Source of the DNA: Octopus vulgaris
Taxonomy: Eukaryota
Direction of reading: 5' to 3'
Length of the DNA stretch: 64,000 nt
Assembly (NCBI GenBank): GCA_951406725.2
Contig: OX597824.1
Coordinates: 52,762,001 to 52,826,000 of the forward strand
Part shown: piece by piece, positions 14,697 through 26,913 of the stretch
Layout of the letters: every line of letters starts with the position of its first letter
Numbering within the stretch: the stretch's first letter is position 1
Translations under genes and position numbers: made by a program
The notes under the pieces: generated by a model
Told to the model about the DNA's origin: nothing
Seen by the model: the letters and a program-made list of their open reading frames with translations, nothing else
Databases searched by the model: none

Positions 14697-15247
14697 TGGT
14701 GGCTGCCCACTCGTTATCGAGTATGGCCATTGCACGAAGCTTAATCAATGTTGTTATCGTGCAATGCCTGTGCAATAATTTTTTAAAGTGAGGAAAGGCT
14801 GTGCACTGAGTCAATCGAACTCACTTAGCAACAGCAGCCATAATCCGAAAAGAAGAACAAGTCAACATCATCGGTAACCACTGAGCCGCAGGTTTATGTC
14901 GGAGTTATCCAAGTTACCTGAGTTACCTTCTCCTAGAAGGATGCCCTAACAAAGGCTAGGAGTCCTTCACTCCCAATGGTTTAACCGTGCGATCGGGTAT
15001 TTCAGTCCGATTATTTCTATGTCCCCGCGCATGATACATCCTTAAGACATTTATTGGATGGCCGTTGACTCTGAAGAGTTCCTCCGCCCTTTCACGGGTT
15101 TTGTTTTTCATCCTGCAGGGTGTCCAATAAACACCCTCCTCACCAAGCAAGCTTGGTGGGGTTGCCGGGTTAGTCACCGACGATCCGACCATGCAACAGG
15201 TTGTACTGGGTTACATGTTACAGTAGCACTCGAAAGTGACCCGACAT
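14697..15247 (-). mobile_element. Probable non-autonomous RTE-derived bipartite element (5' UTR plus 3' end)
   Basis: ccttctcctagaaggatgccctaacaaaggctagg resembles an RTE 5' UTR motif; the terminus ggctgcccactcgttatcgagtat resembles an RTE 3' stem-loop; it abuts (TACA)n. Recognised from memory, not searched. Confidence 0.5.
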
Positions 15248-15250
15248 AAT

Positions 15251-15460
15251 ATATATATATTAAATTAGAAATAAAATCACTATTAGGCAAATCAAACAGT
15301 GAAAAACAAACCAAAACATAGAAATAAAATTGATTAATATAATATACAAAATATATAAAATATAAAATTAAAAATTGAAATTATTTAAATTTTAAGTTAA
15401 AATTAAAATTTTTTTTAAAATTATTAATTTATACTTATAAATTTATATATATATATATTA

Positions 15461-15527
<67 letters not shown>

Positions 15528-17075
15528 TTATTATTATTTTTATTTATTTATCTTTTTTAATTATATATTTATTTAGTTTTATTTATTTATTTATTTTTTT
15601 AAATATATATAACTATCAAAAAGTATTAAAAAGTTTAATATAAGATAAAAAGTAAAACCACTACGATCGTTTCATGCCCATAACCTAATTCGAATAACAA
15701 TAATTTAAATTCAATTAATAATTCGAATTATTGTTATAGTCAATCTTCAGATTAATGATAATATTTAAATAAATAATCAAATATATTTAAACAGTATTTT
15801 TTAAAAATAAATAAAATAATTTTTCTTATAAAAAACTCTATTATCAAACTAGAAACTTTAACGATTGTGATTATGTCATACAATCGATTATTATGTTAAA
15901 TATTAATTTTTAAGTATTAATTTTTAAGGTAAGAAACCCACAAATATAGTCAAAATCTAATTACCTAAATATTTATCAAAAACAATCACTATTCATTTTA
16001 TTAAATTTAATTTTAAGTCAAATAATTATATAATATTTGAATAATAACTAAATTATCAATGAATATATATAAATGTATATAAATATAAGAATTAAGATCT
16101 AAAATTATCTCTATCAATAAATATATATGCACGTATAATAAAGACCTAATAAATTAATTAATCATTATTACTTATAAGTATATTAAAAGATTAAAGATGA
16201 TAAAGCTAATTGTAAACAAACAAACAAACTATCTTAAAAGAACGCTATAACTAATTAACGATCCATATATCTCGTTGGCTAATTAATAACTTACAAAAAC
16301 CGTATAGTTAAGAACTAAAATGAAATAATAAAATACTTAATGAAATAATCAATCCGTAGTTATATAGTATCCAATAAATACTACGAATATATTTACTAAT
16401 GGAAAAAATACTACTACCAATTATCAAAAAAAAAACAATATATAAGTTATAATAACAATTATAGAATATTTAAAATAACTATCAACAAATATAGTTATTG
16501 AAGACTAAAATTTATGCTATCAATACATGTATATACATGAAACCTAACTTTAAAAAAACTCGTATAACTGTTAACGATCTATATAACTCTTTGGCTAAGT
16601 AAAGTCTTACGAATAAACGTAGAGTTAAAATCTAATAAGTATATAGAAAAAACTACGATAACTAAAACATTACGTAACAATCATTATTTATAAAATACAA
16701 AATTATACAATAAGACTTATTAAAATATTTAAATTTTAAAATTTTAAAATCTTAAATATAAATATATTATTATTATTTTATTTTTTTTTTTTTTAAATAT
16801 TGTTTAAATAAATTTGATTATTTATCTAAATATTATCATTAACCTGAAAATTGACTATAACCATAATTTGAATTATTAATTGAATTTAAATTATTGTTAT
16901 TCGAATTTGGTTATGGGCATGAAACGATCGTAGTGGCTTTACTTTTTATCTTATATTAAACTTTTTAATACTTTTTGATAGTTATATATATTTAAAATAA
17001 AAAAAAATTTTTAATTAAATAAAATTAAATAAATATATAATTAAAAAAATTAAAAAATAATAAGTAAAAATAAAG

Positions 17076-17150
<75 letters not shown>

Positions 17151-20100
17151 GAACTCCAGCAAGAACTATAAGGGCAATGGAAGAAACATCTGCAAATTCT
17201 ACCTGAAGGGGGACTGCTGGTACGGCGTCGAAGGTGCGAAATGTCGCTTTGCACATCAGAAGCCCTACCAAAACCGCATGGACGCGAGACAGGGGTCCCC
17301 CCCTTGGGGAGAACAAAAAGAAAAAGAAAAATATAAAAGAAGGAAAAATAGCGCACTGACCACTCCTGAAAGACGATATGCTGATGTGGTGCGCGGTAAC
17401 CCAACAAATGGCCAGCTTCACCCAGATGTGAGAAGGGCAGCAGCTGAACAGCAATCTTTTTTGTGCATAGCACAAAAAATTGTTCAGCAGCTGACTTGGC
17501 TACAAGCACAAAGCTGGAACTACCACCACATAAGGCCACCACCAACAGATGCAGGATGGCCACCACCAACAGATGCAGGATGGCCACCATAGACACCACA
17601 AAAATATTTCGTGGAAACTGTAAAAGGAAAATGTCATTCCCAAGAGACCTTGTGACATGCAATCAAGCTATATGCATGGCACTCACAGAAACGCATCTTG
17701 AACCCGATATAGGTGATGCAGAAATACACATGCCGCAATATGCAGTCATACGCACAGATAGAAAAGGGAGGAGCCATGGTGGAGTTGCAATGTACATCCG
17801 AGATGACCTCACGCCGCAGGTCCTGTTGTCATATTCAAACTCAGTGTGTGAAACTCAAATTGTACACATAAGACAACTGAATATCGTAATGGCGGTGCCC
17901 CAGCATGGCCACAGCTCATTAGCTGAAACTGGAAAAATCAAAATCAAAAATATGCACTACATATCGCCCACCAGATGCCCCAAATCACTCAGGCATGTTT
18001 GAAGACTGCCTAACAAAAATAGAAGTCCTCACCAACATTGAACAACACAACAGTGTATTCTTCATGGGTGACTTTAACTTCCCCAATGTGGAATGGCCTG
18101 GGGGGGGGGAGATGCTCTCAGGGATGACACACCATCAGCAGGCACAGGCAGAGTCCCTGCTCCATCTCACAAATGCCTTTTTCATGGAGCAAATAGTTCT
18201 GCAACCAACAAGGGCAGATAATATACTGGATCTCTGCTTCACAAACAATATGGATATTATCCATAATGTTAAAGTGATGCCGACAATGATCTCAGATCAC
18301 AACATAATAGAGCTGTCTATGTATGGAACAAAAGCCCCCGTAGACACACAGCCTATACGAAGCATCCACCATCTCTCCAACTTAAACTTTCATAAAGCAA
18401 ACTGGAAGTTGATTGAGAAAGAGATCCTCAAACAGGATTAGCCTAAATGTCTCTCCACACCGGACATTAACATGAAACACAAACACTTCATGTCCATAAT
18501 ACAAGCCATATGTGACAAATATGTCCCATTGTGCAGGGCCAGCACAGGCAAAAACAAAAACAGGATCCCTAGAGAAAGGAAGATTCTTATGAGACGACGG
18601 ACAAGGATTGCGAACCGCCTGAGCACCAAAAGTGGTGAGAAGTTTCGGCTCGAGAGAATGCTAATGGAAATTGAGAAACGTCTGCATCAGTCTCATGAAA
18701 AGGAGAGAGCAGATAAAGAAGCTTGGGTAATAGAAAATATAAAATCAAACCCTAAAGCTTTCTTTAAGTTTGCCAAAGAGACAGCCACAGTGCACCAGAG
18801 AATAGGACCTCTCTTCCAAAAAGATGGCTCTCTCACAGGAAATCCCACGAGGATAAGTGAAATACTGAACGAACAATTCCAAAGTGTGTTCACTACACCT
18901 CTAGGACACAGGCAAGAAAACAACCCAGAAGAATTCTTTGCCACTTTACCTGCGGCCAAAGAGGCAAAAATTGAGTACATCAATATTGAAGATGATGGTA
19001 TCACATTAGCCATAGATGAGATTGACACAAACTCAGCTGCTGGACCTGATGGATTTCCAGCGATCCTTCTCAAATCGTGCAAACGAGCCCTTGCAAAACC
19101 GCTACAGCTTCTTTTTCAGAGCTTTCTTGCAAGTGGTAAACTCCCAGTCAAATTGAAAGAGGGGGTAATATGCCCTATCCATAAGGGAGGAAGCAGAGCA
19201 GATGCTAAAAATTATAGGCCTATCTCTCTGACCTCACACATCAGCAAAGTCATGGAACGAATAGTGAGTAAGAAACTAATCATGTTCCTTGAAGAAAATG
19301 ACCCAGCACGGATTTCGACCAGATAGAAGCTGCCTAACAAAGCTCCTGCAACACTATTACTGGGTGTTAAAACAGCTACTAAATGGCTCAAATGTGGATG
19401 TAATATATCTCGACTTTGCAAAAGCCTTTGATAAAGTCGACCATGGTATGATCTGTCACAAACTGCGTGGTCTCGGCATAGGCGGAAAACTTGGAGAGTG
19501 GCTGCACAACTTCCTAAAAGACAGAAGACAGGCAGTTGTGAGCAATGGAGCCACCTCCAAGGAAACACAAATAACAAGCGGCGTTCCACAGGGCACTGTC
19601 TTGGGGCCACTGATGTTCATAGTGGCCCTTTCAGACATGCCTTCAGCTGCTACGATGGCCACCCTTGCTAGCTATGCAGATGACACAAAAGTCTCCCACA
19701 CAATACAAAACCCTGAAAATATTGCGCATCTGCAACAGGAGTTGGATACAATATACAGGTGGGCTGAGGACAACAACATGCAGTTTAATGCAGGTAAGTT
19801 CCAGGCCCTGCGCTACCGGCACACAAAGGTAAACGACGTGCAGACTGGATACACTGGCCCAGGAAGAATTGCAATCCCAGAGTCAGAAATCAGTGCGCGA
19901 CCTGGGCATTGACATAAGCAATGATGCATCTTTCCAAGTGCATATTACTAATCTGGTGATAAAATGCAGACGGCTAGCTGGATTGATTCTCCGAACTGAT
20001 GGTCTTATGGAAAACATTCGTCCTCAGCCGCTTGGACTACTGCTCCCAACTATGGTCACCACACAATATAAAACTAACAGCAGAACTCGAAGCAATTCAG

Positions 20101-20833
20101 AGAAGCTACACAAAGAAAATCGTCTCAATGCAAAATATCAGCTACTAGGAAAGACTGAAAGTATTAAACCTCTTCTCCCTAGAGCGGAGGCGGGAGAGAT
20201 ATGCGGTGATATACATCTAGAAAATCCTGGAGGGTCTTGTTCCAAACTTCGGCATTCAAATTTAACCCAACCGCAGAACGAGGCGCCACTGCTTGGTGCC
20301 AAAGATTCCAACATCACCATCAAAATACAGGTCCAGATACTGCAACAACTTGGGTTTCAGAGGACCACAGCTCTTTAACATCCTCCCTAAATGCCTGAGA
20401 GACTTACATGGTGTGGATGTGGGTTTCTTTAAAACTAAACTGGATCTCTTCTTGTCGGGAGTCCCAGATGAACCTACCTCACGACAGGAGACGCAGATGC
20501 GGACAGCAGCATCGAACTCCCTTGTTGATCAAGTGCCACGTATCAGAGGTGGATTCACATATTAGTGTAGCTCATTCAGTGGTGGTGCCCCAGCATGGCC
20601 GCGGCCTTCGGGCTAAAACAATTTTAAGGATTTAAAAATATATATATAAATTTATAAGTATAAATTAATAATTAAAATTTTTTTTTTAAATTTTAACTTT
20701 AAATTTAAATAATTAAAATTTTTAATTTTATATTTTATATATTTTGTATATTATATTAATTAATTTTATTTCTATGTTTTGCTTTATGTTTTTTCACTGT
20801 TTGATTTGCCTATTAGTGGTTTATCTCTAATTT

Positions 20834-20840
<7 letters not shown>
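15251..20840. mobile_element. AT-rich non-coding fold-back element with ~570-bp inverted arms, each carrying an HHR motif; right arm split by a CR1 insertion
   Basis: 15251-15820 is the reverse complement of 16770-17150 joined to 20634-20840; (TA)n on both flanks. Confidence 0.85.
17151..20633 (+). mobile_element. CR1-type LINE, near full length (ORF1 3' part; ORF2 APE and RT), disrupted by stops and frameshifts
   Basis: ALTETHL, GGVAMY, MGDFNFP, NILDLCF, SDHNII, GPDGFP, NYRPISLTS, YLDFAKAFDKV, SGVPQGTVLGP, YADDTK, FKTKLDLFL...PDEP; apparent TSD taaaa. Confidence 0.93.
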
Positions 20841-20892
<52 letters not shown>

Positions 20893-21786
20893 ACATACAT
20901 ACATACATACATACATACATACATACATACATACATACATACATACATACATACATACATACATACATACATAGGTACATTAAACATTAGAAGTGCTTTG
21001 CCCCAGAAAGAATTTGCAAGAGCATCTCAAAGGTTTTGGAAGCTCTTCTAAATCGATCACAATACTGGAAACCCTTCCATATCGTCAATAAGTACCTCAG
21101 GGTCACAAGCAGTTTGCCACTTTGACTGTTTGCTTTCCCATGACTTGGGCAGCGAAAGCAGAATTAATCATCACCTACAGGGGGGTTCCACTTGCGATCT
21201 CTTATCAACATTGGCTAGTTTCAGCTGCTGTGCCTAGTTCCTATACACACAAGGACACACACATTCACACTCACACACGCTCACATACACGCACACATGA
21301 AGACATACACATACATGCACATGCACGCGCACACAACGCACATATACGTGAGAACACACACGCAAACACACACAGACGCTTACCTATTCAAAAATAACTG
21401 ACTCCACCACATACACACACACTCAGAAAAAACGCACACGCCTAAGAAAGCACTCACACACATACACATAAGCAAACCTTAAAGGGTAAGGGCAATTCAT
21501 TGATGAGATGGAGAACAGTGACGATGAAAGGACTCTAAAAGAGAAAACTAACAACCGTTGTTTAATTAGTTGATAAAATAAAGAAGTGGTACTGGACCAG
21601 TGCGTATGTTTATTTTAATTTTTATTGGCATAATGACCCTCCCGAGACAACAAAATTTGTTTCAACGTACAAAATCACATCAAAAACCTTGAAAGCTCAA
21701 AACGAAAAGGAAGTGTGTTTGTCTGTTTGTGTGTGTGTGTGTGTGTACTTGTGTGTACGTATATATTTATACATGAATATGTATGA

Positions 21787-21817
<31 letters not shown>

Positions 21818-22949
21818 TGTATGTGTTCTATTGCCATTGAGGTGCCTAGAAGCATGGTGATAGTAATATCATTTCCTCCTTACTTATCCCGTGGTGTCCA
21901 ACAAATCAAACTCCTCTGCCTCAAACGATTTCTGATATTTTAAGTAGCGTATTGCATAATTTATTATTTTATATATTTATTTTTTTGTAAGGTTTTCTTT
22001 TTATGATATATTAGAAATATTATGAAGCATACAAGTGTAGTGCTCTCCAGCTTAGTTTCAAGTCAAGAAGTTAGTATCAGATGAAAGAGCCACAAAGCAT
22101 CACAAATTCAACTACTATATTGAAGTTTCTTTTAAGATTCTCTACATATTTAAATTTCCATTGCTGATACACAGTTTAGCATCTAGCTCTAAAGATATGT
22201 TCCTCTCAAGGTAAATAAAAGAATTTATTGGTTTTATCATATTTTTAAACAACAAGGCAATTGCACCTTCTAAGTTTTGACTAGTGAATTCCAGTTTTCT
22301 AGCCTTAACATAGTGACAGAAGTCACATGGCTTCTTCCAGACAATAGGAGGCCTCTTAGATTTTGTGGAGAAATCACGACATTTTCTGGAACTTCTTGGT
22401 TCTGCTAATTTTTTTGTTGTAAACTACTGTGCAGAGTGCAGAAGGCATATTAAAAATAGAGTTTGAATAAAAAATGTGAAAAAGTGTTTCCTTGTAAAAC
22501 ACGAGCAAGAAAAATTCTGAGCCGAACATTTCTGTGTTCCTGTCAGATGAATACACTTTCACTCAAGTACTTTTATAGAGTATCATAATTGCATCTATTA
22601 TTTCTTGAGAAATTCATAGGCTAATAGCATGCATTGCCTTTTTCCTCAGTGAACTGAGATAAAGGTTTTTGAAAAATCCACGAATAATAGAATAGTAGGA
22701 AGATTCTTGAATTGTGATCCCTCTGACAGTTAATATGTGGATTATTTAAGAGATGATGCCAGTTGCCACTGAAATGAAATGTCGCATGCCAGAGAAAATA
22801 AGTATTGGGTGAGAATCAACATCAGATGAATCAATGCAGGATCTGATAAGATTTATATAATCATTGTTATGTTCATTTGTCTCTGGTGGCGTGCATAAGA
22901 ATTCTATTGAGGCGGTTTTTCTATGACTGAATGCATATCTTTACTGTTT

Positions 22950-24560
22950 CACTTATAGATTGTACCTGCAAAGTTCGTCTCTTTCTTTGCTTGAAACTCC
23001 ATAGCTTCTCTGGCATTTACAAACATGATCGAGTGCACCAGTGGTTATTAGTATGAATTTGGATTTATAATAAAGTAGAGGAGTTGCACTTTTCGAAGCA
23101 GTTGCCCATTGATATTCTCCTTCTCCCTAATTTTGGAAGAGGTGTTCAGATTTGCAGAACAACTAATCTCTATGATTGTACATGACTTTTCTTTCACATA
23201 ACAGATAACGATGTCAAGTCTGTTGTGTTTGAATTTGGCAAAAATTTTGACGAGAATGTTCCACCAATACTCCTTGTGCAAATAGTAGGGGTGTTATTTA
23301 TATTTAGCCAAGGCAGCCTTTTTTGGGTGGATGGCATTGTAGATATATTGTTTTTAGCAACAACGTCTTGTCTCAATGGAAGGTAGTACTTTGATGGCAT
23401 TTTTTGCCAACAGTTGATTATGTGTTATGTTGTCCGCAAAAGAGTAGCACAATCGAATCTTCAGTTGAATACAGGGATTTTGAAAACTGGGTTGAATATT
23501 GGGATTGCCTGTCTCGTTACTTCTGAGATAGCTTGTAGCTATCTCCTGCTTTTGGGGTGTGAATGCATAGACTTTAACATGTGATAGGATGTAAAATTCA
23601 CAAGTCAAGGGGCAGCCACATTTCATGTTAATACTGTCGTCTTTTTCTAGTTAACGGGCAATATATCCTTACATAAACTTACTTTTGTAGTATGTCGAGT
23701 GTTGTTTCTTCCAGGTTTTTGCTGAGATATGCGAGCTTGTGGGATCGTATGGGAAGGTCATTGAAAAGCGAATGTTTGTCACCGACCCGCAGCTGTTTTT
23801 CACTTCCTTTTTCAGCATATGGCTGATATGTTTATTTTTATTGCTTTTCTTTAACAGATGCTGTCTGAATGATATCATGCGCCAATCAAAAGCTGTCTGT
23901 CCACTTCCTACTGACATAAAATCTGTTGCTGTTGGTGTTTCTGTGAAAATTTGCAGTCAGATAATTCTCATGTTTTTAAGTCTATGGAGCAGATTTCCTC
24001 TACAGACCAATCAAGTATCCTAAATATGAGTACTGCAAATGAGTACCACAGCTGCATAGTGGGATACTGTTTTCTAAGAGGATACCTACCATACCTTTTT
24101 AAGTCTTATGTAACAGTCTATGTTTATTCTATCCTTGTTCATAGTACCTTTGCATGAATTATTTTCATCAATCCTAGGTGTTTGTAGTACTTATTTATGG
24201 AACAGTTGAAATAAAGAGACCATTGATGCAAAGATTTAGTGTTTGGGAAATAGGTTTTCCACGTTCATTTGTTAAATATGGGTTAGATTCTTCAATTTAA
24301 GACCATAGCCTAACTATATTGCCATAAAAGGCAAGACCAGTAACGAGAAATTAATTGTGTTGCCATAAAAGACATTAACACCTACGTGAACATAGTTTGA
24401 CCAATCATATTGACTCGTGTGTAGACCTCGAAAGTAAGTTTTGTAAAATCTACTGCCAAATATTTATGGACTATGAATACAACGCGGAAGAAGGAATTAT
24501 TTCAGATATATCCATAGCTTATTCTTTTTAAATTCCTCTGCATCATTATAATGACATCGC
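22950..24560 (-). mobile_element. Decayed second R4-like RLE LINE
   Basis: QKQEIAT, RLCY...NITH, YYLPLRQDVVAK, KHNRLDIV...CTIIEISCSAN...EKENI.GQLLR; many frameshifts. Confidence 0.75.
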
Positions 24561-24879
24561 ATTTCTTTAAGTTTGATCAATCTTCATGTATGTGAATAAT
24601 TTTTGTTATTCGGCTTAATCACCTTTTAAGCTATAAATCAAATGTGTTCAAATATAGTGTTTATTTTATAATACACACACAGTGTACTTCTATGTTAGTG
24701 AAAGATAAACGTTTAGCAGTCTCTTGAGGACATTTGTAAATTGCTAAGACGGCATAAAATATAGACAATGTACAACAAGGAGGAAAATGAACTAGTTAGA
24801 AGAGCCAAATACCTTGCAGCACAAATACCAGAGTAAGCAGAAAATCGACGAAAACACGAGAAAAACGTCGAAAATACAC

Positions 24880-25032
24880 GTGGTCGTGTAGTAAGAAGCT
24901 TGCTTCCCAACTACTTGGTTCCGGGCTCAGTTCCACTGCATGGCACATTAGGCAAGCATCGTCTTCTATAGCCTCGGGCCGACAAAAACCTTGTGAGTGG
25001 ATTTGGTAGACGGAAACTAAAGAAGCCCGTCG

Positions 25033-25064
<32 letters not shown>

Positions 25065-25290
25065 TGTATTTATATTTGTGTCTATGTGTGTTCCCCCCAC
25101 CACCAACGCTTAACAACCGATGTTGCTGCGTATAGGTCCCCGTAACTTAGCGGTTCGACAAAAGAAACCGGTAGAATAAATACCAGGCTTACAATGAATA
25201 AGTCCTGGGGTTGATTTCTTCGACCAAAAGGTGGTGCTCCAGCATGGCCACTGTCAAAAATTACTGAAACAAGTAAAAAAGATAAAAGAA
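24880..25290 (+). mobile_element. SINE family B, full length
   Basis: Collinear with 6567-6980. Confidence 0.85.
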
Positions 25291-26650
25291 TATATGTATA
25301 GGTTGAAAATATGTGGAAAACAATAAAAAGTGGAAGAGAAATGCCTTCGTTTCACATAGTTTAATATCTTTTTATAAAGAAATTTTTAAAAATATATATA
25401 TATATTTTATGGATGTAGTGATATCCAACCAGTTTTCGCTATTCAAATTAGCTTTTCAAAGGACATTGGGGAGTAATCAATTCTTGAGACAAAGGGGTCT
25501 CGCCATTTTGGATGCTTGAAAAATAAGAATGAGTTTAGAGAGTGGATCAAGGGAGGAAACAGGTGGAAAGGGGGACAACTAACTCCTCAGTATAATTTTT
25601 GAAGTGCTTAAGTTTGTATATTAAGGTGTGGTCTGTATTTTTGTATGAACAGGTTTTCCTTGTCTAGGCGTTCTTGTAAGGAGATTGAATCTTTGCATTG
25701 ATATAATGGAAAGATATGGAAATTCGGCGTTTTATTTCTTGCGCATATGTCGATATATTCGCTTAGGGTTATCTGCCTGTATTGAAGAAAACGTATCTGT
25801 TCTTTATGTAGTGTGACTCTGCGTCTCAAAGTAAGGGTCGTTTGGCCTACATAATTTTGGCCACAACCTGAGCAGGTTAGAACATAGATAAGGTTCTGGG
25901 AAGCACATGTGAAGTTGGTCTTAAGTGAGAATTTTTCTCCTTGCTGGAATGTGAATTTCGAGCCTTCAGTTAGGTATGAGCATGCATCACAATTAGGTCG
26001 TCTGCATTTTTTAACTGTTGGTATCGTATGTATTGAGTATAGTTTTGCATTTTTTAGGAGTCTCGTGTGTGATTTGTGTTGCCTTTTGCATTTGTTCATT
26101 TTCGGGTCTTGAGTGAGCAGAGGGAGATTTTGTATAATTGTGTTGTATGCTTCATGATTTCTGGGGTTGTGGGTTGATATGAATGGGAGTGATTTAAAGA
26201 GAGGTGTGGTGTTTTGTTTTGTTTTCCTTAGTGTGTTTGTGTCCAATTTCTTGGCATGTTCAATTCCATGGTCTATAAGTGCGGATGGGTATTGGCGTTC
26301 AATGAGTGTTATTTTGAGGTCTTGTAGGCGAAGTTCCCGAGTGTTTATGTCAGATACAATTGTACAGATCCTTTTAGCTAGATTGAATGGGATATTTATT
26401 TTGCCGTGTTTCATCATACTGTTTTGAGTCTGTTGGTTTGTAGTCGATGTCAGTTGCAATTTGGTTGTTGGATTTTTTAATATAATCAAAATGTTCAGAA
26501 ATGGGAGCTGTTCCTTGCTATATTCCACTGAAAATTGAATATTGGAGTTCATATTGTTCATTGTGGATTTGAAATCCAGGAGTTTAACATAGTTTTCATT
26601 CCAGATGATAAAACAATTGTCTGGGTACCTTTTCCATTTTTCCCATATAC
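25290..26650 (-). mobile_element. 5'-truncated Penelope-like element (RT end, thumb, Cys linker, GIY-YIG) with 3' pLTR
   Basis: ORF 25608-26714: [58 protein letters not shown]; the N-terminal CV run is a microsatellite. Confidence 0.9.
25421..25466 (-). ncRNA. Variant hammerhead ribozyme (U3-A8 core)
   Basis: atgtcc-t-TTGAAAA-gcta-atttgaa-tagc-GAAA-actgg-TT-ggatat; stems I and II pair. Confidence 0.65.
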
Positions 26651-26652
26651 AG

Positions 26653-26777
<125 letters not shown>

Positions 26778-26861
26778 GTATATATATATATATATAATAT
26801 ATACCTTACCTTTTACCTTTTACTTGTTTCAGTCATTAGACTGCGGTCATGCTGGGGCACC

Positions 26862-26913
<52 letters not shown>

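Noticed and set aside
15251-17150. Mitochondrial control region or NUMT, suggested by extreme AT content
   Set aside because: No mitochondrial genes or tRNAs seen; the inverted arms and HHR motifs explain it better
18693-19662. Minus-strand ORFs
   Set aside because: Antisense shadows of CR1 ORF2
21880-21935. Possible minus-strand micro-exon KSFEAEEFDLLDTTG
   Set aside because: Weak acceptor, a stop before the donor and no partner exons
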